Positions 36,021-44,060 of a stretch of DNA of 48,382 bases are shown here, piece after piece. Both the position numbers and the translations under genes were made by a program. The notes beneath the pieces were generated by a model. The model worked only from the letters and a program-made list of their open reading frames with translations, had not been told where the DNA came from and searched no databases. Positions within the stretch are counted from its first letter, which is position 1, and each line of letters begins with the position of its first letter. Origin of the DNA: a virus (Duplodnaviria; Caudoviricetes); IMG/VR virus record IMGVR_UViG_3300033487_000009, positions 1 through 48,382 of that record, one strand, 5' to 3'.

Positions 36021-38057
36021 TTATTGACCTGGGGCCATAGCCCTGGTCTGTTGTTCTGCCGGAGGCTGCGACATACCCTGTTGATTTTGCTCCGGAGTCA
36101 TTGGGTTTGTCATGGGAGGGGTTCCCATACCCTTCGCCCCGGTCGCTAATTGATACAACAGCATGGTTGATGGGTCTTCTTCCAACATGAATTTCTTATA
36201 GACCTTGAAATCCCCTCCCATAAGTTCCAATATCTGGCCCATGATGTAATTCATGGTCATGGCCGTTTTCGGGTTTGGAACCTGTGCTGCGATCTGATAC
36301 AAACTTTGAAACGTTTTAATCTTAAACTGTTTTGAATGTTCCGTCTCCAAGGCTTGTGAAACAGGCCGGAATTTATCTTTCCGTTTCGGATTGTACGCCA
36401 GGGCCATTTCTTTTCCGAGAAGATTTTCGAGAGTCTGCGGAAGCATGAAATCATTGCATAAGGTCAAAAGCATCCTATAGAATTCATCAAACCCGATAAA
36501 CTCAAGGTTCATGGACTTCATGCCAAGTCTTACCGTGGTCCTTGACTCCATAATGGACCCGATAGTGGCAGTCTCTGCCCTCTCAGGCGAAGAACCCATC
36601 GTCTGTGGAGACGTCGCCATTGCATAATCCATCCGGGACCCTAAGAGATTGTGATGGAAAATACCCCCTTGAATGTTGTCATTGATAACCCACTGTTCCA
36701 AATCACCCATATTTTCAAGAAGGGTGACGTTTTCGGGAGATATCCTCACTTTATTCGGAAGCCCGTACTGGCGTTTACCCTTGAAAGCGGGTGTAACGGC
36801 AAGACGTGTTCTGTAATTCATCAAATTGTAGTTATCATCCGTGGCGACCTGAAGTTCCCTATTGACCGCCCCATCGCCAAAACCATTGTCATTGACCAGA
36901 TCGACATAACAAAGGAATCTTACCATCGGTCTGCGGCTATGCTCAGATTCACGGAATCCAATGATATGAATCGGGGCATCGTGGTATCCTTCCTGGGCGT
37001 AATGGATGATACATTCCTTCAGTTCCGCGCCTTTCTCAAACTTTCCCTGATCGTCAATGGCCGGGACAACTCCAAGTTCTCCTGATCTGACCGGATACTT
37101 TCCCCATCGTTCATAAAGAACGAATGTCTTGTCCACGGGTTGGGGTTGTTCCTCATTCTGTCCGTCTTTATTGTAGGTCTTTTCACCCAATTTGCCGGAG
37201 GGGTCTATTTTATCCAACAGGTCCAGATTGAAATAACCCATTGACTCGGCTTCCGCCTTCAGATCGGACAGTTTCCTTTCGGCCTCGAAAATGACGTATT
37301 CCTTTTCATTCAGGGAATAACAATACTCAGGCGACATATAGACGTTTTGATTCGGATATACATCGAATACGGGTTTGTCCACCTCGACATTTTCCGTATA
37401 AAATGGTTCGTCAATGGTCTTATAGGCCGGTCTTTGCGTGAATGGATCGCTCCATATGGTTCCATCATCCGCCAGTGGACGGCCCTCAAGCGGATCGATC
37501 ACCATTTCGGATTTCTTGTTATAATGGGAAAGGACCTTTTTAGTAGACTGTTGATAACCTCCCTTGATTACACCGTAACCACACAATAATACAAACATTA
37601 TTAGTCTTATGACTTTGTGGTAATAATAGGCGTCCGGGTCCTTTAGGAGAGTATTCAAGAGATTTTTGGCCGCCTTTGCTTCCGCCACATCTTTTGGATC
37701 GTCAGAACTGATATCCGTTTCGACATAATCTGTGGATGAAAAATACTGTGCGCTGAAATTCCCAAGTAATGTCAATACTCTGGAAGAAAACTCTGGAAGG
37801 GAAATATCAGGTTCCCACTCGTTCGGTTTCTTGTTACGAATGCAGTGGAGCATTTTGTAATAAACGTCAAAATCCTCTTCCACATTCTTATGGTTTCGTT
37901 TGGCCGTCTGAAGTTCCGTATCTAAATGCGAAAGTACAGCCTTTTGGTCCTTCTCGGAGAATGGGGCATCCGATTCGGTATCTTCTATAGATTCATCCTG
38001 TGGATAACTTGCCGCCTCTGTTTCAGATATCGCAATAATATCAAGTTCTTCTGCCAT
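36021..38057 (-). CDS. Portal protein
   Basis: 678 aa after TerL; GYGVIK, GFGDG, ETAT motif, Q/P/M-rich tail. Confidence 0.85.
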   Translation of the reverse strand: MAEELDIIAISETEAASYPQDESIEDTESDAPFSEKDQKAVLSHLDTELQTAKRNHKNVEEDFDVYYKMLHCIRNKKPNEWEPDISLPEFSSRVLTLLGNFSAQYFSSTDYVETDISSDDPKDVAEAKAAKNLLNTLLKDPDAYYYHKVIRLIMFVLLCGYGVIKGGYQQSTKKVLSHYNKKSEMVIDPLEGRPLADDGTIWSDPFTQRPAYKTIDEPFYTENVEVDKPVFDVYPNQNVYMSPEYCYSLNEKEYVIFEAERKLSDLKAEAESMGYFNLDLLDKIDPSGKLGEKTYNKDGQNEEQPQPVDKTFVLYERWGKYPVRSGELGVVPAIDDQGKFEKGAELKECIIHYAQEGYHDAPIHIIGFRESEHSRRPMVRFLCYVDLVNDNGFGDGAVNRELQVATDDNYNLMNYRTRLAVTPAFKGKRQYGLPNKVRISPENVTLLENMGDLEQWVINDNIQGGIFHHNLLGSRMDYAMATSPQTMGSSPERAETATIGSIMESRTTVRLGMKSMNLEFIGFDEFYRMLLTLCNDFMLPQTLENLLGKEMALAYNPKRKDKFRPVSQALETEHSKQFKIKTFQSLYQIAAQVPNPKTAMTMNYIMGQILELMGGDFKVYKKFMLEEDPSTMLLYQLATGAKGMGTPPMTNPMTPEQNQQGMSQPPAEQQTRAMAPGQ

Positions 38058-38065
38058 CGTAGTCC

Positions 38066-38404
38066 TTATTGTGAATCAAGCACTTTTTGTATTTCTGCAT
38101 CCCGGCGGTTTTTGATATTCTGGCCGAACAATTTACTCAATATCTCATTAATTACATCCGATGGATCGGTTTGTTTCTGGGCCACAGTCTGTTGACTTTC
38201 TGTAGTCGAGGGTTGCAATTTCGGAATTTCGGATTCTTTGATCGGAGGAGAAATTTCATTCAATAGTTTAAGGTCTTTGGTGTAATCAACCCGCTTTTCT
38301 GGAACAGCTTGTTTTTGAGGCGTATATAGTTTGGCCGCAGCATCCGGGGTCAAAACCCCTAATTGCACAAGACGGTCGATCAACATCTTCTTGTATGGGT
38401 CCAT
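38066..38404 (-). CDS. Hypothetical protein between TerL and portal
   Basis: 112-aa co-oriented ORF abutting the TerL stop. Confidence 0.55.
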   Translation of the reverse strand: MDPYKKMLIDRLVQLGVLTPDAAAKLYTPQKQAVPEKRVDYTKDLKLLNEISPPIKESEIPKLQPSTTESQQTVAQKQTDPSDVINEILSKLFGQNIKNRRDAEIQKVLDSQ

Positions 38405-39979
38405 CTATGCCCTCGCCTCCCGATGACCGTTAAACCACTGTTTTTCTCTCTGTTCCCAAAACGGGACTTCGTTTGGCATGTCGTACCATGCCGGATTCAA
38501 TGCGCCCAAAAATTCAAGATTCCTGCAAAAATCCGAATACTTCTCTATTCTCGGTTTGATCGTTTTCGTTTCTTTAAGATGTTCCGCCTTGTATTCCCTC
38601 TCGCGCCAGTTCATGAAATGGTCGATGTGGCGTTCGCAACGATCCAGAAACCATAGCGTAGGCTTGTAGAGGCCATATCGAGGGTCCTCGGCCTCACCCC
38701 TGCCGATTAAATTATTTTCCGGCTTGCCGCATTCTAAGGCGTTTTTCAGGCGCATTTTGATGTTCAACTGTCCGCCAGTGTTTTTGGTATCCGCCGGAGT
38801 CAAGCGTCGCAATCCGGCATCTCCCATCGCCAAGTCGTCGAAAGGCGAATAACCCGTATTAGGTTGCTTGACCGTCGCCAATGGATCAATCGGGGTCGCC
38901 CTGTTATATTCGTGATCCTCTTCCAGTAAGGATTCTCGTTTGATCTCATCCCGCAATTCCGTTGTCGTCCGGTTATCATGACTCTGGTGAAGTTCATTCC
39001 ACACGATCCATTCATTCCGTGGGGTGCATACGACAAAGGATACATCCCAGGGTTTTGAGGGATGGTAGTCTATGATTCTATAATTCCAATAACTTCTAAA
39101 CACGTCCGCATTAAAATAATCCTCGGACTTTAGTACATGGACCTGTTTATTGAACGACTTGTAAATCCTTCCGGATACCTGTTTGAATATCCCATAACGT
39201 CTCATGGCGATAACGTCTGGATCGTCGATGTTTTCAAATAATCTCTCTATGGCCTCTTTACTCAAGATCGGATTGTCATCCGTAGCCCAACAGAACACTT
39301 CAATATTTGACTTGTGTCCCGTATCTTCGATAGCTGGGAAACCATATTTCTTGCAAATCGTATCCGACCTGTAGATGGTGCTGGCCCGTCTCCATATTGA
39401 ATCGTAAACCCAATCCAACCCCTTTGCCGGGGTCAAGGTTATGGTGGCATCCCCATCTTCCTTGAGAAGACGGATCAAACTTTCATCCCACTTGACACGC
39501 TCTATTTCTTCATCCTGATAAAGAGCCGATCTCTGGACCGAAAAGAAGGCGTCCAATTCCTGTGACGAGGACATGAATTCGGCCTTGTTATCCGATCCTC
39601 CCAATGGGTCCCTGATCGTCATTGTTGCGCAACGGGCCGTCACATCCTTTTTAATCAGATAGGCAGGGACTAATTTAAGCAATTCAACATATTGCTGGTT
39701 TTCTTCGTCGCCTTCCTGCTTGGGTTTTACCTTTGAAACGAACCTTACAGGTTTATTGAGGATATTTCGTTTCGCTACCGGGTGAATCCTCAAGAACCGC
39801 ATAGCGGCATCCAATGCACTTGCCGCCGTTCCTCCCGCCTGATTTGCCTTGAAATTGGCCCTTATCGGAGCAGGAGAAAAGATATACCTCCACTGGATAG
39901 GATTTAACGTCGTGACAAGGGACGCAAATCCCGCGTATTTCTCGTATGCTCCTAATGCTGGAAGGGCCACATTGTTCAT
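38405..39979 (-). CDS. terL: Terminase large subunit
   Basis: Walker A region KANQAGGT, Walker B ALYQDEE, coupling motif TLTP, DNPIL, GRIYKSF, nuclease-domain IIDYHP...IDP. Confidence 0.85.
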   Translation of the reverse strand: MNNVALPALGAYEKYAGFASLVTTLNPIQWRYIFSPAPIRANFKANQAGGTAASALDAAMRFLRIHPVAKRNILNKPVRFVSKVKPKQEGDEENQQYVELLKLVPAYLIKKDVTARCATMTIRDPLGGSDNKAEFMSSSQELDAFFSVQRSALYQDEEIERVKWDESLIRLLKEDGDATITLTPAKGLDWVYDSIWRRASTIYRSDTICKKYGFPAIEDTGHKSNIEVFCWATDDNPILSKEAIERLFENIDDPDVIAMRRYGIFKQVSGRIYKSFNKQVHVLKSEDYFNADVFRSYWNYRIIDYHPSKPWDVSFVVCTPRNEWIVWNELHQSHDNRTTTELRDEIKRESLLEEDHEYNRATPIDPLATVKQPNTGYSPFDDLAMGDAGLRRLTPADTKNTGGQLNIKMRLKNALECGKPENNLIGRGEAEDPRYGLYKPTLWFLDRCERHIDHFMNWREREYKAEHLKETKTIKPRIEKYSDFCRNLEFLGALNPAWYDMPNEVPFWEQREKQWFNGHREARA

Positions 39980-40345
39980 CTAACAAATCGTCTCATAGGG
40001 AGTAGGTATTGGATCGCCCGTCGAATCCAATGGATGCGTTGGGGACAACGTTGCCGGAGTATTATACCATTCAACCTTTTGCATTCCCGGTATCGTGGTT
40101 GTCACATCGCCTTTCCAGAATTTTTGGGCTTTCTCCTCTTCCTTCTCCTTCATTCTGTGTTCGATCTGGCGTTCCAACTCGCGCTCAAGGAAGGCAACCT
40201 TCTCTTGCAAGGCCAGATATTTCTTCACGATTGGATCAACGGGCCTATTCCTTCTCTCCTCACAGTCGAGACATCTATGTTTATCCAGCCTGGGAAATGG
40301 TTCTTCACGATCCCACCAAGACTCTTTCTTCACGTCTGGACTCAT
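39980..40345 (-). CDS. Hypothetical protein
   Basis: Co-oriented; CLDC motif and coiled coil. Confidence 0.55.
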   Translation of the reverse strand: MSPDVKKESWWDREEPFPRLDKHRCLDCEERRNRPVDPIVKKYLALQEKVAFLERELERQIEHRMKEKEEEKAQKFWKGDVTTTIPGMQKVEWYNTPATLSPTHPLDSTGDPIPTPYETIC

Positions 40346-40367
40346 ATTACTTCCCTTTCTTCTTCAC

Positions 40368-40583
40368 TTAAATCAATCTCCTATCCACCCACCTGACTCC
40401 CTTGATTTCAGAAGTCTTTATAGCCGCCACCAAGTCGCAGTCCTTATCGAAAAACACATGATAGGCAATGCCCTCATATGTACTCAACACAAACCCGACC
40501 GCATAATTCAACTGTAAATTCCTACCATCCTGCAACGTCACTATGAACGCAAGGATAACCATCCACTTCCAGAAGCGGGACAT
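40368..40583 (-). CDS. Small hypothetical protein
   Basis: AGGTG RBS; hydrophobic N-terminus. Confidence 0.5.
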   Translation of the reverse strand: MSRFWKWMVILAFIVTLQDGRNLQLNYAVGFVLSTYEGIAYHVFFDKDCDLVAAIKTSEIKGVRWVDRRLI

Positions 40584-40636
40584 GCCACATCACCTTTCTA
40601 AACGCCCCCCTCGCGTCCACAAAAGATAATTAACCC

Positions 40637-41059
40637 TTACTTTCCCTTGCCGCCTTTTTTCTTCTTCCCCTTGCCACTGCACCCCATAGGTTTCTTCTCC
40701 TCGCTCGAAGTGGTTTTAGTCCATGTAAACATTCCCGTTCCCGATACCGGAACCCAACCTTCGGGACATTTGAATCTCAACTCCATAACCTTCAGGCGAT
40801 TGTCCAATTCACCCATACTCTTGTTCAAGCCACCATAGTTACTTTTAAGATCATTGATTTCTTTATTAAACCGGCCAAACGCACTGCTAAGTTGTTGTTT
40901 TGTTACATTGTTGACTCTGTCTATTTCCTCAAACAACAACCTAAGGCCATCGGGAAGCGTCGTCACTTTGGGGTCATAACCCCTAACGCTCAAAAAATCC
41001 TCAAACCTTTTCCATATCGCGTCTCGAAATTTCTCTTGTTTCTTTTTCTTCCAAAACAT
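40637..41059 (-). CDS. Hypothetical coiled-coil protein with Lys/Gly-rich tail
   Basis: GAGGTG RBS before MFWKKKK. Confidence 0.55.
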   Translation of the reverse strand: MFWKKKKQEKFRDAIWKRFEDFLSVRGYDPKVTTLPDGLRLLFEEIDRVNNVTKQQLSSAFGRFNKEINDLKSNYGGLNKSMGELDNRLKVMELRFKCPEGWVPVSGTGMFTWTKTTSSEEKKPMGCSGKGKKKKGGKGK

Positions 41060-41076
41060 TTCACACCTCACTTTTG

Positions 41077-41313
41077 TTAAGTTAAGGAACTAAAATCTAT
41101 CACCCCAAATTCATCCACGCTCCATTCACCAGACTCATATTTACTTCGTATTTCCTTATGGATTCCGCGTAATGCCTCCAAATCTTCGGGACTACCATAT
41201 TTCCCCCTTCCGGGTGCTTTATCCGGCCTGTTCCAACAAAGCCCCAATCCCCTCACCGGAGAACCAGAAGAATCCGATCCCCTTCCAATAACCCTCTTCA
41301 CTCTCCTACACAT
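41077..41313 (-). CDS. Hypothetical protein
   Basis: Co-oriented 78-aa ORF. Confidence 0.4.
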   Translation of the reverse strand: MCRRVKRVIGRGSDSSGSPVRGLGLCWNRPDKAPGRGKYGSPEDLEALRGIHKEIRSKYESGEWSVDEFGVIDFSSLT

Positions 41314-41466
41314 ATCCCTATATCCCCGAAAGCAACTGCGCTATACCAAAGCACAACGCCAACACCACTCCTATAACCACCACCACAGCCAATAAAATCA
41401 AAAAGATCGTCCATGCCTCGTAAAGGATGTACCAACAGACTTCCATGAATCGCTTAAAGAGGTCAA

Positions 41467-41604
41467 TCACAAAAGCCATATCCTAACCCCAACAAAGATA
41501 AAGGCGATCCACAACACTATACCCAACCCGAAAATAGCCCGATCTAACCGTCTTAATCCAGAATCCATATCCTTCAATAAATCCACTACCTTAGAAGGCA
41601 ACAT
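41467..41604 (-). CDS. Small C-terminally anchored membrane protein
   Basis: MLPSKVVDLL...AIFGLGIVLWIAFIFVGVRIWLL. Confidence 0.45.
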   Translation of the reverse strand: MLPSKVVDLLKDMDSGLRRLDRAIFGLGIVLWIAFIFVGVRIWLL

Positions 41605-41690
41605 TTTAACCCCCTGTGTTACAGGATTACATCTATCTATATGAAAGAAGCAATCGCCGGTCTCCTCCCTCCGGCACCCCCTGCCTGGAT

Positions 41691-41718
41691 ATGACACATA
41701 AGAAGTATTATGTTAACT
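41691..41718 (+). other. dif-like XerC/XerD recombination site
   Basis: ATGACACATAA-GAAGTA-TTATGTTAACT has 11-6-11 geometry. The right arm matches the E. coli XerD arm TTATGTTAAAT at 10/11; the left arm ends in CATAA like the XerC arm. Confidence 0.8.
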
Positions 41719-41726
41719 AAGTGTAA

Positions 41727-41739
41727 TATCAATGAGTTA
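41727..41739 (+). promoter_or_regulatory. IHF binding site
   Basis: TATCAATGAGTTA matches WATCAANNNNTTR, 8 bp from the dif-like site. Confidence 0.6.
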
Positions 41740-42318
41740 CCCATCCACATTCTCGCAATTAGGTTGACAACCTGAGTTATCCACAGCTTCATCCACATCT
41801 ATGATCTCTCCATCGTTTGATGGATGTGGCGTGTCTGTGTGTTCGGGTGCAACATCTATCATATCCATGCTTGCATCCGTGATTGTATTGTCTGTGTTAT
41901 TCTTAATCATTGCACCTGCCTGTTGGCTTATAAACTGTATGAGGGTATTTAGTTCGGCATGTTGTTGAGGTGCCTCGTTGACCTGGATCAATGCGGTTAT
42001 GATGGTGGATGGTGTTGTGCCGCTTAGACCAGCCATAGATGTGATGTGCTTGCTGGCATCTAAGGCCAGCTTGAGATGATCCTTATCGGCCGTTTTAGTT
42101 GTTCCCATAGCCGCGAGGCGGGTTAGGGTTTTTCGGGCTGGTTTAAGGCCTCGGTTGATGATCTCTGCGGCCTCTCGCTCGATCAAAGCCCTAATCTCTG
42201 GCTTGGCAAGGCCTCGCTGGACACATGATTTCGGGATACCTGTTTGGGCTGCTATGTCCCTGACAGACCCCCCTTGAAGAGCGAGGTTAGCGGCTTGTGC
42301 GAGTTGTGCGGGAGTCAT
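41737..42318 (-). CDS. Putative terminase small subunit (N-terminal HTH)
   Basis: GGSVRDIAAQTGIPKSCVQRGL HTH, helical middle, disordered tail; heads the morphogenesis block; GGAG RBS before MTPAQL. Confidence 0.6.
   Translation of the reverse strand: MTPAQLAQAANLALQGGSVRDIAAQTGIPKSCVQRGLAKPEIRALIEREAAEIINRGLKPARKTLTRLAAMGTTKTADKDHLKLALDASKHITSMAGLSGTTPSTIITALIQVNEAPQQHAELNTLIQFISQQAGAMIKNNTDNTITDASMDMIDVAPEHTDTPHPSNDGEIIDVDEAVDNSGCQPNCENVDG
41777..41785 (+). promoter_or_regulatory. DnaA box (with degenerate boxes at 41741-41749 and 41789-41797)
   Basis: Perfect TTATCCACA, with TCATCCACA and CCATCCACA nearby in the same orientation. Confidence 0.5.
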
Positions 42319-42320
42319 GG

Positions 42321-42539
42321 TTATATCAGTCTCCAGCAGTATGGGCATCTATTGTAGTCGCGGACATCGCCGTCGCGATAGGCGGTTCGACAATGCGGGC
42401 AGGTATGGGATATGTTGTAGGTATTGAGTATGTCAGGCAGGCGGCGGGAGGCGTGCTGGTTTATGGTGCCTCGTCCAATGGCGGGTGGTAGGTCGTCATA
42501 CACTGTCAGATTATCTCCTGGATGATCTCCGCCGCCCAT
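42321..42539 (-). CDS. Small zinc-ribbon protein
   Basis: HTCPHC...RCPYC. Start uncertain. Confidence 0.45.
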   Translation of the reverse strand: MGGGDHPGDNLTVYDDLPPAIGRGTINQHASRRLPDILNTYNISHTCPHCRTAYRDGDVRDYNRCPYCWRLI

Positions 42540-42849
42540 GTAACCGAAACCCTCTGTATTGTTGCTTAATTGGGTGTTAGGTGGTTAAGCCGCTCGGTGC
42601 GTGGTACCTCTCCAACCTAACTTTTTTGTCAATAGGGTATTTTTCATTAATCATTATGATCATTTATTGATCGTGTCGGCGATCTTATAACATGGATACT
42701 GTTTACGGTCAAGGGGAATTTGTAAAAAAAGTTATGTTCTGCTCATGAACACGTAATTTATTTATGTGTTGTGGTGTGGAGGGTCAAATGGTATGGTCTC
42801 ATGGATGGCCTGTTTTGTGGTCATGGTTAGCCAAATGGTTAGATGCAAC

Positions 42850-42862
42850 CAAGTCATTGATT
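42850..42862 (-). promoter_or_regulatory. IHF binding site
   Basis: AATCAATGACTTG on the minus strand matches WATCAANNNNTTR. Confidence 0.5.
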
Positions 42863-42877
42863 CTATTGTGCGTATCC

Positions 42878-42886
42878 TGTGGATAA
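42878..42886 (-). promoter_or_regulatory. DnaA box
   Basis: TGTGGATAA (perfect TTATCCACA on the minus strand), intergenic. Confidence 0.45.
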
Positions 42887-42936
42887 CTTTGAACATGGTT
42901 GTATGTGACCAGGGACGATGCAATGGCGTGTAATGA

Positions 42937-42949
42937 AATCAATGAGTTA
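42937..42949 (+). promoter_or_regulatory. IHF binding site
   Basis: AATCAATGAGTTA; shares ATCAATGAGTTAC with the 41727 site; immediately upstream of the -24/-12 promoter. Confidence 0.6.
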
Positions 42950-42952
42950 CGG

Positions 42953-42970
42953 TTGGCATGATGTCTGCAT
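42953..42970 (+). promoter_or_regulatory. sigma54 (-24/-12) promoter
   Basis: TTGGCATG-ATGT-CTGCA with exact GG-N10-GC spacing, ~65 bp upstream of ATG 43033. Confidence 0.65.
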
Positions 42971-43032
42971 ATATATAGGAAAAGGGGAAATAATAGGTAT
43001 AATGATTAAATAATCAAAGGAGGAAATAGCTC

Positions 43033-43335
43033 ATGTGTAAAATCAAATTAGATCAAGACCAAGTGGCAAAGGTGGCTCGGCAGCAATGGAAGAAATCGAC
43101 GATCCCTAATATGCAGATCGCCATTTATGTGATGTGTGGCGGGGGCGTACTGGGAACATTGGCGGCAGAACAACCAGCCGATTTTTACATTGATGGCCGT
43201 ACAGGGAGACTGCCCTATAAGAAAGCGCAAATAAGACAAGCCGTCGAAACATTGAAGACCTTTGCAATAATACATGGGCTCGATCCCCATCGTCTCCCAT
43301 ACGTTCCTCAGTTTCATAACATGGGAATATTCTGA
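43033..43335 (+). CDS. Hypothetical early protein
   Basis: AAGGAGG RBS. Confidence 0.65.
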   Translation: MCKIKLDQDQVAKVARQQWKKSTIPNMQIAIYVMCGGGVLGTLAAEQPADFYIDGRTGRLPYKKAQIRQAVETLKTFAIIHGLDPHRLPYVPQFHNMGIF

Positions 43336-43384
43336 GCTGCATATAAATAGGCAAGGGAATAAATAAAAATAGGAGGACAATATC

Positions 43385-43597
43385 ATGAAATCTTTTAATC
43401 TGGGATACATGGAAAACAAGGATGCGCTGAAGATCATCCGGGCACTTGATGGAAAAACATTTATGAATTTTCGGGTTCATACGGGTGTCGGCCCCAGCGG
43501 TACGCGAGTTGATGTTGCGACCGATTATGAAGAGACGGACACAGAAATTTTAACCTTTGCCCTTCATGTTATGGCAACAACAAAAACAAATGACTAA
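43385..43597 (+). CDS. Hypothetical early protein
   Basis: AGGAGG RBS. Confidence 0.65.
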   Translation: MKSFNLGYMENKDALKIIRALDGKTFMNFRVHTGVGPSGTRVDVATDYEETDTEILTFALHVMATTKTND

Positions 43598-43659
43598 TCC
43601 CTTGACCCTGCTCTGGCTGAGGCCCAGGGTAGGAATGAGGGGATTAAAAGGAGGGGAAA

Positions 43660-43857
43660 ATGAAACCGACATTTCGATACAACAAATATGGGATCAAAGA
43701 CTCCTTCGATCAATATCGCAATATCGGAGGGGTATTTTTTGAATTTTACTCAGCCGACCAAAGCACGTTTGCGGCCATTATCGAAGAAGCGAAAAGACTT
43801 GGGCTGAAAACTCGAATAATCAAGCATGAGTTATATCGTGAGAAGAAACTAAAATAA
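43660..43857 (+). CDS. Hypothetical early protein
   Basis: AGGAGG RBS. Confidence 0.65.
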   Translation: MKPTFRYNKYGIKDSFDQYRNIGGVFFEFYSADQSTFAAIIEEAKRLGLKTRIIKHELYREKKLK

Positions 43858-43885
43858 GGGGATCACTAAACAAAGGAGGCAGATC

Positions 43886-44017
43886 ATGGAAAACGTAAAT
43901 CAAGAGGCAGTGACAGCGGAGAAGGAATACAGATTGAAATTGGTCCGTGTGGACATTGACGACGACGAAATGGTCAATGTCTATGAGATCACAGAATCCA
44001 CCACCACGAAACATTAG
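43886..44017 (+). CDS. Small acidic protein (43 aa)
   Basis: AAGGAGG RBS; MENVNQEAVT...VDIDDDEMVNVYEI. Confidence 0.55.
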   Translation: MENVNQEAVTAEKEYRLKLVRVDIDDDEMVNVYEITESTTTKH

Positions 44018-44060
44018 GTCCTTTGATCCGGGATGCGCATGGTACACGCATAAGGAGGTA

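Noticed and set aside
37995-38010. DnaA box within a 16-nt match (ATCCTGTGGATAACTT) to 42874-42889
   Set aside because: Isolated and inside the portal coding sequence; cannot be distinguished from chance without conservation data.
16789-40517. Numerous plus-strand ORFs antisense to the structural genes
   Set aside because: Shadow ORFs overlapping well-supported minus-strand genes, without recognisable motifs.
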